Positions 18,201-28,000 of a DNA stretch of 28,761 bases are shown here, one piece after another. Each line of letters starts with the position of its first letter. The stretch's first letter is position 1. Under the pieces are notes generated by a model. That model did not search any database. It was given only the letters and a program-made list of their open reading frames with translations, and was not told the DNA's origin. This DNA is from a virus (Duplodnaviria; Caudoviricetes), in IMG/VR virus record IMGVR_UViG_3300037991_004931, positions 1-28,761 of that record, one strand, 5' to 3'. Both the position numbers and the translations under genes were made by a program.

Positions 18201-20358
18201 CTACCTGATTACGCTTCTCAATCTGAATGCAAGTGTGATGCATGACGATCCAGCAAACACCTTTGTTGCATTTGGTGGTGTGATTCAAGAACCTGGAGTT
18301 GCATATGATCATGCTGGAACTGCAACTGCTGCAAGTTCTGGTATCGGTAATGGTAACACTTACAACAATATGTCCATCCCAATGGGTGTTGGATATCTTG
18401 CTGCAATTGATATCGTTCAGTTTGCTCCTGGTGATACCAGACAGTATATGACTAATGAGATCAACCAAGTTTATGATGGTTCTAGAACTAGATTTAGAGT
18501 CACACTAGATGGTGTTAAGGACAATACTTATACTGGTCATGAGGATCTGATTGTATCCAAGAACAACGTTGTTCTAGAACCAGACGTAGATTACCATCTT
18601 ACAGATGTTGGTGGAAATGCAAACAATGCACTAAAACATGCACCAGATAGTGCAAAGGGATGTATTGACTTTACTGTAGCACCTGTTGCTAATGATGAAA
18701 TCTTCACTATCATGATGCACGAAAATGAGAAGATTACTCTCACATCTAATGGCGGTTCTAATCAGGTTTATAATTTGAATAGAACTCTGACTGCTGCAGA
18801 ACAGGAAGGTCTAATTCTCATACAGAATAATCAAGTCAAACTTGCTCTTGGTAGAGGATTTACGTTTAACAGTGGATCCCAGATCCAATTTGATGCCGCA
18901 ACAACAACTGGTACACCATTTGGTATTCTGACTCAATCTGGTACAGTTCTTGATTATATCAACACTCCTTACAATAGTACCAGAACTGAGTTTAATATGT
19001 TCTTGGATGAAGAAAACTTTGTTCCCGCAGAACAGTATGGTGGCACTTTACCACATCCAGAAAATATCGTTGTTTTCAAGAACGGAAGTATTTTGACTCC
19101 TGTTGTTGATTACACTTTAGATGGTACTATTAAGTCTAGAATTAACTTTACTACTGCTCCTGCAACAAACGATAATATCTTCATTTCCACTCATGGTGTG
19201 ATGAGAACCTTAGATAGTATCACTACAACTTCTGCAACTACATATGACTTGACTCTTTCTTCTAATGCATACTACGCAGATGCTCTGATTGGTAGACCAA
19301 GAGAACTTGAGAACCAACTCTTTATCACATCTAATGGTTCTATCTTAGATCCAAGAACAGATTATTATATTCTTGCCAATAAACTATATTTCACTGCAGG
19401 TGTCTTGACTTCTGGTCATGTTCTCAGAATTCGTGACTTCTACGGTGCAAATTCTGATGTTGATGTAGATTCCTATAGTTCTCAGGTTTCTGTTGGTGAA
19501 ACAATTCAGATTCCTGGTGAATCCACCACAAGACAAGTTACAGCGGTTCATTCTCCATCTACTATGGAAGTATCGAGTCCTGCTGGATTGAGGGGTCCTT
19601 CTGGATTTGCTGGTACTGCAAATGTTACCGATGGTTCTGTCACTGGTCTTACAATCACTAGTGGTGGACTTGGATATCCAAGAAATACCAAATTTAGAAC
19701 CTATGGTGTTGGAACTAGTGCATCTGCAAATGTCCTAATTGATCCAATCAGAGGTGATGTAATCACTTCTACTACAATGGATCAAGAGGGATGGAATATT
19801 GCGGAGGAGACAAATCCAATGCCAAATGGTTTAGTTCTTGTTCCTACATATGAAGCAGCTGTTGTTAGAACTACTATCTTAGATTCTAATGAAGTTACAT
19901 TCGGTAGTAAATTGACTGGTAATATCACAACAACTGCAGAAACAATTGGTGTTGCGGGAACTGGTATGGCATTAGAGAGTGATATTACGGTCACAGTTTC
20001 CTCTAGTAGTGGTTCTAATGCTGTATTGCAACCATTTGTGGTTGATGGTGAAATTACTAAGGTTGTAATTGAGAATGGTGGTTCTGGATATAATGATCTT
20101 GATTTTGTTCTGAATGTGAATAATGGTGGTGGAACAGGCGCAACATTAGAAGGTGTATTAGATGGTTCTGGTACTATCACTAGTATCAGTGTTATCAATC
20201 CTGGTGTTGGGTACGATTCCTATAGGGCATTCATCGGTAATGAGTGTATTGAATACACAAATCACACAACAACTGATCTGAAAGGTGTGACCAGAGGTGT
20301 TGTCGGGACTACCGCACAAACTGCATCTACCGATGATAAAGTATATTTCGCTAATTGA
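9271..20358 (+). CDS. gp7: Giant baseplate wedge initiator (gp7-like), ~3695 aa
   Basis: Sits between gp6 and gp8. N-terminal QFPQFVRED..TFIEFIKSYY and FYGSKGS..S.KILFRILF. Internal DSIYYQDFSY...HPAGFRLFG. ATG 9271 overlaps the gp6 TGA (ATGA), so it is preferred over 9265. Many beta-rich repeats. Confidence 0.85.
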   Translation: MKNLRDKTVDLSVLIENQFPQFVREDASTFIEFIKSYYQSLELKNQPLDIAKNLIDYYNVSHFRKHELVEKTKKNGDLNLTDTTVVVTDTTGFPEKGYLKINDEIIYYGSKTQNTFDNCVRGTSALVLTSIPLSEILLENSIADTHFDGDDVENIAFGYTNEFLRRIKSEIAIGIPENLVDELDISSFLSRVKSFYGSKGSLNSNKILFRILFNDKKFRFKLADRGTGATIKIINFDGSIGNAQITATGSGYDNRLDGNGNLEHPPIIEIFGSGQGRQIANKTAVVDVTSINASGGIPLGSTIDPAYTGITITDAGSNYVGPIRGVIRERDYGEEEIVTSTNGSGVVESWDFNTGELTLINTIGFFTNNEELTSQSGEKANGSIKSFEIIPQDPEIEFPKDYLFRPSESNFRGKKLARLEITEGSLEEDVNGVINPPKLLTFVQDDDTVFGVKSVQIESGEILKVDNIGLPTYEVDIEINEDYNRIYLPASTQLTHPYTNTDTVVTVDDATGFPVTNGQIYIDGLVIEYKERTVNQFLGCTPLSSGSKIVNTEVISYGRYRTRREYEQSEYVEIGQERYYGDNLYRCNTEGETAATGFPTHTFGVQKIGKIRWEYIGTSKVDYFVDCIVGNPEITATGEQGELEIVVDSAKKLSVGQLAVGTGIADGAKIRTIVGKTVTLSLPNTSLVDGAVNFSRARGRIVGLVDEVEIESAGALFSKQKYELDDKTYNDYEGIEYSSWNVNSDHTLDADKDYVGVAGRYAFRNNVLNHVYAASSGIPGYQFDGSTNAKNRVLSNTFDGYTNAFTLNGLGSSLNEDDLYVFRNAVLQDSATDYDIVNNVISFTNVPLTQETIYLRYFSTASQATKLQFTLAAASTDTIELTTSSTIDLTTDHLFVFLNGVLQIDGYTYNDNSKRFTFTGQTITAADDIMVFWVQQAQQLDAITSTSSLTYTLQDGGSNYSSATTESVFVAINGVVQQPTVSYTISGSTLTFSEVNAGKTITVIDCGNALVSGTISTLAGINQDRNNYKLQKLLKRIPYPASILNKNILRTSKSLSPVKTDKAIGITVDGIQYQTVSGNTVPYGAVNTLTISNGGVYQIPYTSTYAFDKTGYPKAILKKNGSETADITVTETVFEIAGGIEKVDINNFVTTNLTNLQGFSTKPKIQIINNNPVVNNVQKNPDGFKEAVIDVEFKDGNITSFVVVEKGYGYTEAPTIRVIGGGKLTSYDVPFVNTDNGDIIVTMSGPLISSKSASSAITLTSQLGTSFAYDPTVEINSGSGAELQAVVANGSIVAVQILNGGQNYFNEPNITISGMGKDAVLRAVVSGGKVTSVTIVNAGSGYVIPPMVQVTVGDSNALVESTINRWTFNIANRFITGIDEFGGYVFDEQVGYNKKVTSFTSNTLTLEDVTNLVVGMEAIHPELPVGTFVAGINTGTKVVSLSNGGLTTIANNALNNALVTFVQGDDRVRGALKVAEVVPSNFPKSRLKYQYLQMTNTSKFETYYGITSSTHSKVVGWSYDGHPIYCKYGYTTALDKTSGISEQTSSWRLSGTRTNGPSINDYPLGSFIEDYEYVKDLGTLDEFNGRFCVTPEFPDGAYCYFMVDVFPHVIGVKYFSDPDVYNTCPNRDNDAVPEAFARVNDADNDQYPEEVKNVYKTILTTESASVGEVETVIIEKPGDDYKVGDSLVFNNDDTAGSGAIAYVSSLDTPPVLNYTVDTAKKEIEFTFTGNHLLSNSDIVEIEYRKNTVPTEINLSAIGTVPTVVNNKQVFPVTLESHKVYKLKFASATDFNLSFDILNFNPFFQRDSVVTNDSVEIDPSKIPSIIYIHTPTSIYELKVEKAEIIGRYEVLESQGTQFKIKTEATVVDIPQIDFSIRSRGATGPIKTVNVVRGGEGYQILPEITGVTSDSGTGAVLLANSKSIGKLNRIKYITFGDQFYGSRTVRNYLNLPITVRVKANFEIASAKITDGGQGYNLNPVIRTNGSETIATYKPRYSSGEIVDLEVVNGGSGFATAPTITVVSQDGGSGAVIVPTMRRRTLDLQDTVTLKNKSAGAKILSCDAKSSTIELLVTSGKFEVNDIIVSSDGRDYGTIVEVNSARAYSKSNSFGNIPESFLGTVGFISDDFQKVEDSIYYQDFSYSLTNERNTSEWRSEVNENTHPAGFRLFGKHRIHSRKSLIGRSQNLVRSAVTFKTSIQSLLDLSVETPKCNKQYIWFDNLPSPNPYQINDLVFGSQTEHIGRVIEAGEGYIVVLLFDDQIVINEYVINLIRNIRTSYVSTTSKTILSVNGIIQSPGVSYTISADNILPLFPIFPGDELTSLFLTNNFETLQGSGVNNNNQINLSKGGIQYTASNADRLLVSLNGVIQNHADYELINGGTTLRFPNTTVQGDTTFVLDHPSLQPLTITGSAGTTFDIGVTPTSNCQLLIFFVGVNQTHLTTDYTVSGSTITFPVSVDPSEIFGWYINETVECEKPTITGLNQHLARAKTLVCNQEKNVTLKIESNTVKKPNGFFELDKETIDGTLFVDGTTAHGFGTKFKYSNPEFSSSHVEVINDISSQFDGSTTTFDLKINQDDDYTPWDGENSLLVETSGTYMTKSQYSVSGTQITFVTAPASGTQMSIRDFKSAYVANDSTKKGAELDQFNVFNGVRTRFNTSDDGVPSTSSNNTDVFHVKNGVLVRPDIHLNADDSRTNVQLQTVSNNKITFTTPPVLADSINMLSFNRQLVPNNHRNWVHDRNEFFDGVRREFTLLHDNTNSGAGGKKCEELRGQEPSEESLVVIRNGVYQYPSIDYDLILELDTHDINNGPSTHRIVFTTPTPPTATEDVFILFHEYFATHFADRTDELTQTSSTVLSYTTAVANHATKVPFVYVDGVYQDQNSYTWDGAANTLTFSGTNLPTLATDKVEFHAKTGDLRPEHVFGDIINAWLLVLQRGGTTVKISTVNNTFTVGQRSGSTTITGTNVVNVPQRSGTITIASQFYLITLLNLNASVMHDDPANTFVAFGGVIQEPGVAYDHAGTATAASSGIGNGNTYNNMSIPMGVGYLAAIDIVQFAPGDTRQYMTNEINQVYDGSRTRFRVTLDGVKDNTYTGHEDLIVSKNNVVLEPDVDYHLTDVGGNANNALKHAPDSAKGCIDFTVAPVANDEIFTIMMHENEKITLTSNGGSNQVYNLNRTLTAAEQEGLILIQNNQVKLALGRGFTFNSGSQIQFDAATTTGTPFGILTQSGTVLDYINTPYNSTRTEFNMFLDEENFVPAEQYGGTLPHPENIVVFKNGSILTPVVDYTLDGTIKSRINFTTAPATNDNIFISTHGVMRTLDSITTTSATTYDLTLSSNAYYADALIGRPRELENQLFITSNGSILDPRTDYYILANKLYFTAGVLTSGHVLRIRDFYGANSDVDVDSYSSQVSVGETIQIPGESTTRQVTAVHSPSTMEVSSPAGLRGPSGFAGTANVTDGSVTGLTITSGGLGYPRNTKFRTYGVGTSASANVLIDPIRGDVITSTTMDQEGWNIAEETNPMPNGLVLVPTYEAAVVRTTILDSNEVTFGSKLTGNITTTAETIGVAGTGMALESDITVTVSSSSGSNAVLQPFVVDGEITKVVIENGGSGYNDLDFVLNVNNGGGTGATLEGVLDGSGTITSISVINPGVGYDSYRAFIGNECIEYTNHTTTDLKGVTRGVVGTTAQTASTDDKVYFAN

Positions 20359-20363
20359 TACAG

Positions 20364-20371
20364 TATAAATA
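20364..20371 (+). promoter_or_regulatory. T4-type late promoter TATAAATA
   Basis: Exact T4 gp55 consensus in the gp7-gp8 intergenic region, 30 nt before ATG 20402. Confidence 0.85.
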
Positions 20372-20401
20372 ACATTAAACAACAAGTTATCGGGGCGTAT
20401 A

Positions 20402-21967
20402 ATGGCATCATTAGTTGCTGACAATTTTAGAGTATTTGCTGCAGAGCAGTTCATGGAATCCCTTGAGGAACCTCTTGATGCTGCTGGTAATGCTCTTGCC
20501 GATTCTTCTACGGAAGCACTTAGAGATCGAAGTAAGATCTATGTGTTCATCGGTCGTTCACAAACGTGGAATTCTGAGAGATATACTGGACAAGGTTTCA
20601 ATGATATCGATCAGATCCCCGCTCCCACCGATTCGTTTGACGAATTGAGTGAGATCTATGATGACATGATCGCTATGAAGCGAGTTACTCGTGGTGATGT
20701 AAACCAAGTTATCAGAAAGAGAACTTGGACCGTAAATACTCGTTATGACATGTATAAGCACAACTATTCTGTTGCTTATCAATCTGCAACTGGTGCAAAC
20801 AAACTGTATGATTCACAGTTTTATGTCATGAACAGCAACTATGACATTTATAAGTGTATCTACAACGGCGAGACACCAGCAAATCCTAATGGTGTAATTT
20901 CTACGGTAGAACCAACAGGTCAATCTACTTCTATTTTTACTACTGCTGATTCATACAGATGGAAGTACATGTACACACTCGGAATCAATGATTTCGTTAA
21001 GTTTGTGTCTAGTGACTTTATGCCAGTCAAAACAAACACAACTGTACAGACTGCTGCGACCTCTGGTGCTGTTGATCAAGCACTCGTTAGAAACGTAGGT
21101 TCTGGTATTACTGCTGGTACATATTTCTGTCCTGTTATTGGTGATGGTACTGGTGCTGTCGTTACCTTTACGGTTTCTTCCACTGCTCCTACTTCTGGAC
21201 AGATCGATCCTGCTACTGTTGCAATGACCGTAGTTGGTAGTGGTTACACATATGGAAAGATTGATCTTTCCGAATCTTATACTACACTTTCTGCTGCACA
21301 AGCAAGAACAGCAACCCCTCTAGACTTGAGCAGTGGTTCTCCTACTATTGATGCAATCATCTCCCCTCCAGATGGTCATGGTTCTAACATCGTTAGAGAG
21401 ATGGGTGCTTATAGAGTTATGATCAACAAAGCAGTTGAATTCCTTGATGGTGGTGGTGATGTTCCTGTCAACATGGAATTCAGAAGATTTGGTTTGATTT
21501 CCGATCCAAAAGCTCCTGGTGGACAAGACTTAACTGCTAGTACTGCTGCTGTGTGTAAGGCAATCAAATTCCCAACTGCAACCAATGTAAACTATAGTAT
21601 CGGTGAGACAATCACTCAAGCAACTACTGGTGCTAAAGGTGTTGTTATTCACTGGGATTCTGTTAACAAAATTCTGAGATACTATCAGAATGAATATGTT
21701 GCTGCTACACAGTCTGGTAATCAACAGTATCAACTTGTAGAATTCAGTGGTGCGAATGCAATTACTGGTGCAACATCCAATACTGTTTTAACTCCAGATA
21801 CTGCTGCAACTGGAACTGTAACTATTGCTGGTATTAGTTTTACGACTGGTTACGCTGCATCTGAAGTACAAAAATTCAGTGGTTCCATTCTTTATATTGA
21901 GAACAGAAAAACCATTATTAGATCTGACGACCAGACAGAAGATATTAAGCTCGTTATCGAGTTCTGA
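20402..21967 (+). CDS. gp8: Baseplate wedge subunit gp8
   Basis: IYVFIGR..W, DDMIAMKRV, RYDMYKHNY, FYVMNSNYDIYKC, YRWKYMYT and C-terminal SGSILYIENR..I.RS.DQTEDIKLVIEF are typical of gp8. Confidence 0.93.
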   Translation: MASLVADNFRVFAAEQFMESLEEPLDAAGNALADSSTEALRDRSKIYVFIGRSQTWNSERYTGQGFNDIDQIPAPTDSFDELSEIYDDMIAMKRVTRGDVNQVIRKRTWTVNTRYDMYKHNYSVAYQSATGANKLYDSQFYVMNSNYDIYKCIYNGETPANPNGVISTVEPTGQSTSIFTTADSYRWKYMYTLGINDFVKFVSSDFMPVKTNTTVQTAATSGAVDQALVRNVGSGITAGTYFCPVIGDGTGAVVTFTVSSTAPTSGQIDPATVAMTVVGSGYTYGKIDLSESYTTLSAAQARTATPLDLSSGSPTIDAIISPPDGHGSNIVREMGAYRVMINKAVEFLDGGGDVPVNMEFRRFGLISDPKAPGGQDLTASTAAVCKAIKFPTATNVNYSIGETITQATTGAKGVVIHWDSVNKILRYYQNEYVAATQSGNQQYQLVEFSGANAITGATSNTVLTPDTAATGTVTIAGISFTTGYAASEVQKFSGSILYIENRKTIIRSDDQTEDIKLVIEF

Positions 21968-21973
21968 TACACC

Positions 21974-21981
21974 CATAAATA
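21974..21981 (+). promoter_or_regulatory. T4-type late promoter CATAAATA
   Basis: NATAAATA, intergenic, 25 nt before ATG 22007. Confidence 0.75.
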
Positions 21982-22006
21982 AAAAGAAAAGGACTCCTTT
22001 TAGGCA

Positions 22007-25000
22007 ATGCAAAAGACCAACCTTAAACTTGCCCCATATTTTGATGATTTTGATAGTTCAAAGAATTATCAGAAGATTCTATTTAAGCCTGGGCGACCTG
22101 TACAAGCTAGAGAATTAACTCAACTGCAAACACAGTTGCAGAATCAAATTGAGAAGTTTGCTAATCATACTTTTAAAGATGGATCGGTTGTAATCCCTGG
22201 ACAAGTCGGTTTTGACTTGGAATATCATGCTGTACTTGTACAGAACCTTGTAAATGGTTTGGAAGTTGAATCTTACAGAGAGTCTTTGGTTGGCACTACT
22301 CTGAGAGGTCAAAATTCCGAAGTTGAAGCTGTTGTTGTAAATACTATTTCTGTAGCAACTTCTGAAAAGAATGCTCTTACTCTATACGTTAAGTATACCA
22401 AGTCTGGTGTAAACTCTGATGGGTCCCAGAGAACCAGATTTGCTAACAATGAAACTCTATTGAATGCAACGACTAATGCATCTGTTGCAGTAACTTACTT
22501 ACAAAACGCAACTGCATATACTGGTAGTGTTGCTTATATCACGAATGGTATTTACTATATTCGTGGATATTTTGTTGAGGTATCTGATCAAACCCTGATT
22601 CTTGATCAGTATTCAAATAAACCATCTTACAAAGTTGGTTTGTCTATCGCTGAGTCCAAAGTTTCTAGTGATGAAGATTCAACATTGTTTGACAATGCTA
22701 ATGGATCTACTAACTTTGCAGCTCCTGGTGCAGATAGATTAAAAATTGTACCTACTCTAAGTAAAGAACTCACGTCGTTCTCCGATAACGGTGACTTCAT
22801 CGAGTTACTTAGATTGGATGAGGGCAATCTTGAGGAACTTGTAGATCGTTCTTTCTACAACGAACTAGAAAAGAATCTTGCTAGAAGAACTTTTGATGAG
22901 TCTGGTGATTATACAATCAAAGATTTCACGATTAGAGTTAGAGAAACTCTAAATGATGGAACTAATGAAGGTGTATACGATCCTGGTGAAGTAATTGAGG
23001 ATGGAAGAACTATTCTTGCAAGAGATCCTGTTGCAACTGACCCAGAAAATTCTATCAATGGTAATAATTTCTATACTGTAGAAGTTGGTCCTGGTAAAGC
23101 ATATGTTAGAGGTTTTGAAATCTCTACTGTTTCTAAAAAGTATATTTTAGTAGAGAAACCAAGATCATCTTTTGCTGTAAATAATAAAGCAACTAATATT
23201 GATTTCGGTCAGTATCTCACTACTACTGCTACTACTGGTAGTGTTACTACTGGTGAAACTCTTTCTCTTAGAAATAGTTCTAATGTAAATATTGGACAAG
23301 CAAGAGCAATTGGACTTACTTCGGGTAGATTGTATTTACAAGATTTGACAACTTACGTCAAAATTACAGTTGCAAATAATTCAACTGGATTGGTTGAAGG
23401 TGATTTTGTATTTACATCAAAGGGAACACGTGCTGTAGTTAATGGTGTTACTGTATCTGGTTCAAACTCTGTCATTGAAGTAAGACAGGTAAGTGGTAAA
23501 TTTGCAAATGGTGATGTTATCACTAATAGTAAAAATGATACAACCTATACATTAACAAACGTAGCTACTAACTCTGTTTCTGACATCAATAATATTGTCA
23601 ATAATGGCAGTACTTTTACTGCTACAATTACAGGATCTGCAGGTCTTAAGTCTACCAATAAAAAGTTCTTTGTATCTTCTGCTGATCTACCAACAAAATC
23701 AGTTAGTGACTTCTCTTACACCAAGTTAGAGAAAGTAACTAAGAGTGTTTCTGGTGGTGAAGTTTCTATTTCTGTACCTAATAACTTTACTCCACTCGCA
23801 ACTGGATTTTTAATTACTTCCTCTGTAGGAACTCACACTGCTACTGCAACTGTAAGTGGTCAAACTTTAGTTCTTTCCAGTATTAGTGGTTCTCCATCTT
23901 CTGTTGATGTTTACTATAAACTGAGAGTTAATAATACCTCAATCAAAGAGAAGGAACCAAAGAGATATAATTTCCTCAGTGCAAAAAATGCCAAAGGGAC
24001 AAACTTTACTGTTTATGGAAACAGATTCGATGATAAAGAGATCAATCTAAAATTCCCAGACGTTTACAAAGTACATGCTATCCATGAAGCGGCAGTTTCT
24101 GGTGTTGCTGATGCTGACATGTTTGATCGTGTTTTGATGAACAGCACGACAGGACTTGTTGAAGGTGATATTCTCAAACAGAATGATATTCTTGCAAGAG
24201 TTATTGATATTGACGGTGTTACCGTATATGTAAAATTCCTTCAGGAAGAAAAATTTGTCGAAGGAACTAATCTGACAACTCAAATCGTTGTATTTACAAA
24301 TCCAGATCTAACTGGTAGATTCTTGACTGAAGTTGTCTATGGTAACTATGTTGATATTACAAATAACTTTGCTCTGGTTAAGAATGATACCGAGGACGCT
24401 TATAGAATTTCTAAGTTAACTAGACTTGGAAATAGACCAACACCAAGAAATAAAGTTACTATTGTATTCGATTATTTTTCTCATAGTCAAACCAATAATG
24501 ATTTCTTCTCTATCGCTTCCTATGATTTAGTAAACGATATTAAGTATTCTGAAATTCCATATAACTTTGATGGTTCTCCATACAGTGATGTATTTGATTT
24601 TAGAACTACTTTTACTACAGCAACTTCTACTGGAACTGGTACTGCAGTTGCACCGTTTGTTTGTTCAAATGCAACTTCTGCGTTTGACGTGTTTGGAACT
24701 ACCAAGTCCGTACAGGTATTCCCATATCCCGCAGAATTCATCAGTTACGACTACAACTATTATACAAACAGAATTGATAAGGTTTTCTTAGATAATTCTG
24801 GTGAGTTTGTAGTTGCAACTGGTGCGGGTGCTGCAAATCCAGCACCACCAGAAAATATTGGAAATGCTCTATTACTTTCTACTCTTACAGTTCCAGCATT
24901 CCTGAGAGATGTAAAGACTGTTAAAATTAGGAACGAGAAAAATAAGAGATACACCATGAAAGATATTGGTGGTCTTGAGACTAGACTCGATAATGTTGAA

Positions 25001-28000
25001 TATTATACTTCTTTGAGTTTACTTGAAACAGATACGAACAACATGCTCGTTCTGGATGGAAGTGGTAATAATAGATTTAAGAATGGTTTCCTAGTGGATA
25101 ACTTCAAGTCTAGAAATTTTGCCGCAACAAACAATATTGACTTCAAGATGTCTCTTGACATCGACGAGGGTTTAATCAGACCATATCCATATGTAAACAA
25201 TATTGGATTGGATTTTGACAGCGTTGGTGGTTTACAAAAAACTGGCGATTTCTTAACTCTACCTTACACTGAGGTAACTCTGCAATCCAACCCATATGCA
25301 AGTAGAGTTGTAAACCTCAATCCATTCAACACTACTACATGGATTGGTGACTTCCAGATTTCTCCATCCAGAGATGTTTGGTATGACACACAGAGAACTG
25401 CTCTTGAAAATGTACCAGAGATCGATTTAACTGGTCCTATCAAGTTCTTATATGATCAGAGTGGTGCTGATGGTGATCAGTGGGGTTCTTGGAATACTAC
25501 TGGTTCTGGACGAGGTTCTGGTGGTACGAACATTTTCCAAGAAAGAGATGGTGTTACTAATGAATTTAGTTCAGTAACTCAAAATCTAGAGGTTGGTGAT
25601 AGAATTGATTCTATTGAGTCCATCAAATATGCTAGATCTATTGTTATTGATGCATTTGCAAATAGACTGAAACCAAATACTGAGATGTACTTCTTCATTG
25701 ATGGAGAAGACTCTAATGGTGCTATCTTCCCAAGATTGTTCAGTAATGTAATTAGAAATGTCAATAGTACAGCATTTGTTGTTGGTGAAAAAGTAACTAT
25801 TGAAACATTCTTACCTGTAGTTGGAACTTCACCTAGAAATTTGGAAGCTACTGTAGTTTCTCCTTCTGATTATGATTCTACTCTAGACGCATCTTATAGT
25901 GCATCGACCACTGTTCTTGCAATTAAAGATGTCAAGGTTAATGATGGCACAATTATTAACCCAATCAATCCAGGTGATAAGATTCTATTCACTGGTCAAA
26001 CCACGGGTGCTGTTGCCGAAGTTACATTAACTAAACCAAGAGTTAAGTCTAATGCTTCTGGAGAAGTTCGTGCGTTTATTATTGTTCCACCTAATAAAGT
26101 TGAAACTGGTCAGTCTAGATTTGTATTGACAGATCAGACAACTAATACAACTATTGCTGGTGTTTCTGATACGAACGCAGTTGCTAATTACGATTCTGAT
26201 GGAACTCTACTTGAGTTGACAAGTCTCAGTATTGATTTCCAGATTCCTGAAATTACTTCTACACCAATTAGTGAAACAAGAACGGTATTCATTCCTGATC
26301 CCCCACCACCACCACCTCGTCGTGGTGACCCACTTGCACAGTCTTTCTTTATTCAACAGAAGGGTGGCGCATTTGTCAGTTCGATTGATGTTTTCTTCCA
26401 GTCTAAGGACTCTACTATCCCTGTAACTATGGATATTAGAACCATTAAGAATGGTTTCCCAACTGAAGAGATTGTTCCACTAAGTAAAGTTACTGTTGCT
26501 GCAGCAGATGTTAATACTTCTGCAACAGCTTCAACTGCAACTAGATTTACATTCAAGACTCCTGTATACCTTGCAGAAGGTAATGATTATTGTTTCGTTC
26601 TTAGAACTAGATCTCTGAACTATAAAGCATGGGTATCTAGATTGAATGAAACTGATGTGACTACAAATCAGGTTATTGACAAACAACCATCCATTGGTAG
26701 TTTGTTCAAGTCACAAAACATGAGCATTTGGACACCAGATCAGTTTGAGGACATTAAGTTTACTATTAACAGGTGTAAGTTTACCACTGGATCTAATCTT
26801 TCCACAAGTCTCAAGAACGGAATTATTCCTGAGGTTAAACTTCCTGCAGATTCTCTGTTCTTCACCGACAATGTTGCTTCAATAACTGTATTGCATCCAA
26901 ACCACTGTATGCATACCCTACAGAACTATGTTGATATTTCTGGTGTTGTTTCGGACATTCCTGCTGTAAAACTACAGACTAATATGACAAATCAGCAGTT
27001 TACTGTTGATACCACTATCACAATTTCCGATGCTACTTTCGCACCATCACAGATCAATAATGCTGCAATTAGTGCAACAAACCTCGGTTTGATTCGTATT
27101 GGTGGTGAAATTATTGCATACAAGTCAATCTCTGGAAATACATTGACAGTGCCTTCTGGTGGTAGAGGATTGTCAAATAGCACAATTATTGCACACAACA
27201 CAAACGATACTGTTGAGTTCTATACTCTAAATGGTATTCCACTAACCGAGATCAATAAGAGACATCAGATTGCTGATGTTGTTGATATGGATAGATATAA
27301 GATTACTACTACTGCAAAAGCAAATGAAACTTTACAGTCTGGTGGTAGAAATATTAATGCTTCCAGAAATTTACAATTTGAAAGCATTACTCCAAGATTC
27401 AATCAATTGGTACTACCAGGAACCAATCTCTCGGTAACTATGGATTCCGTTGCTGGTGCTCCTGTATCTGAAAAATCAACTGGTACTTTTAGTGCAACAC
27501 CAACAGTTGTTCTTGAGAATTTGGAAGTTAATGAACTGGATTCTTCCAGAGTCATCCTGTCCAAACCAAACCAAGACAATTACGGTAGTGCTCAAAGTTT
27601 CACATTGAACACAACCATGTCTACAACTGTAGACAACTTAAGTCCACTAATTCAACTCTCTGGTTCTTCTGTCATTACTGCAATGAACAGAATTAACAAG
27701 ATTGTTAATACTGATTCTACATTGAACCTCACTAGTGAGTTGGAACCAACAGGTTCACTTCATGATGCGGTTTACATCACAAAGAAAGTGAATCTCGAAA
27801 CTTCTGCAACTTCTGTCAGAGTTATGTTTGATGCTATCAGAAGACAAGGTGCTGATATTAAAGTCTTTGTCAAGACAAGAAGTGATGATGAAATTGATGC
27901 ATTTGATCTGATTGAATATGAAGAAGTACCAGTTACTTCTAGTGGTTATCCTATTTCCACTGATGTCGAAGGGTTCAAGGCATTTGATTATGAAATTACA

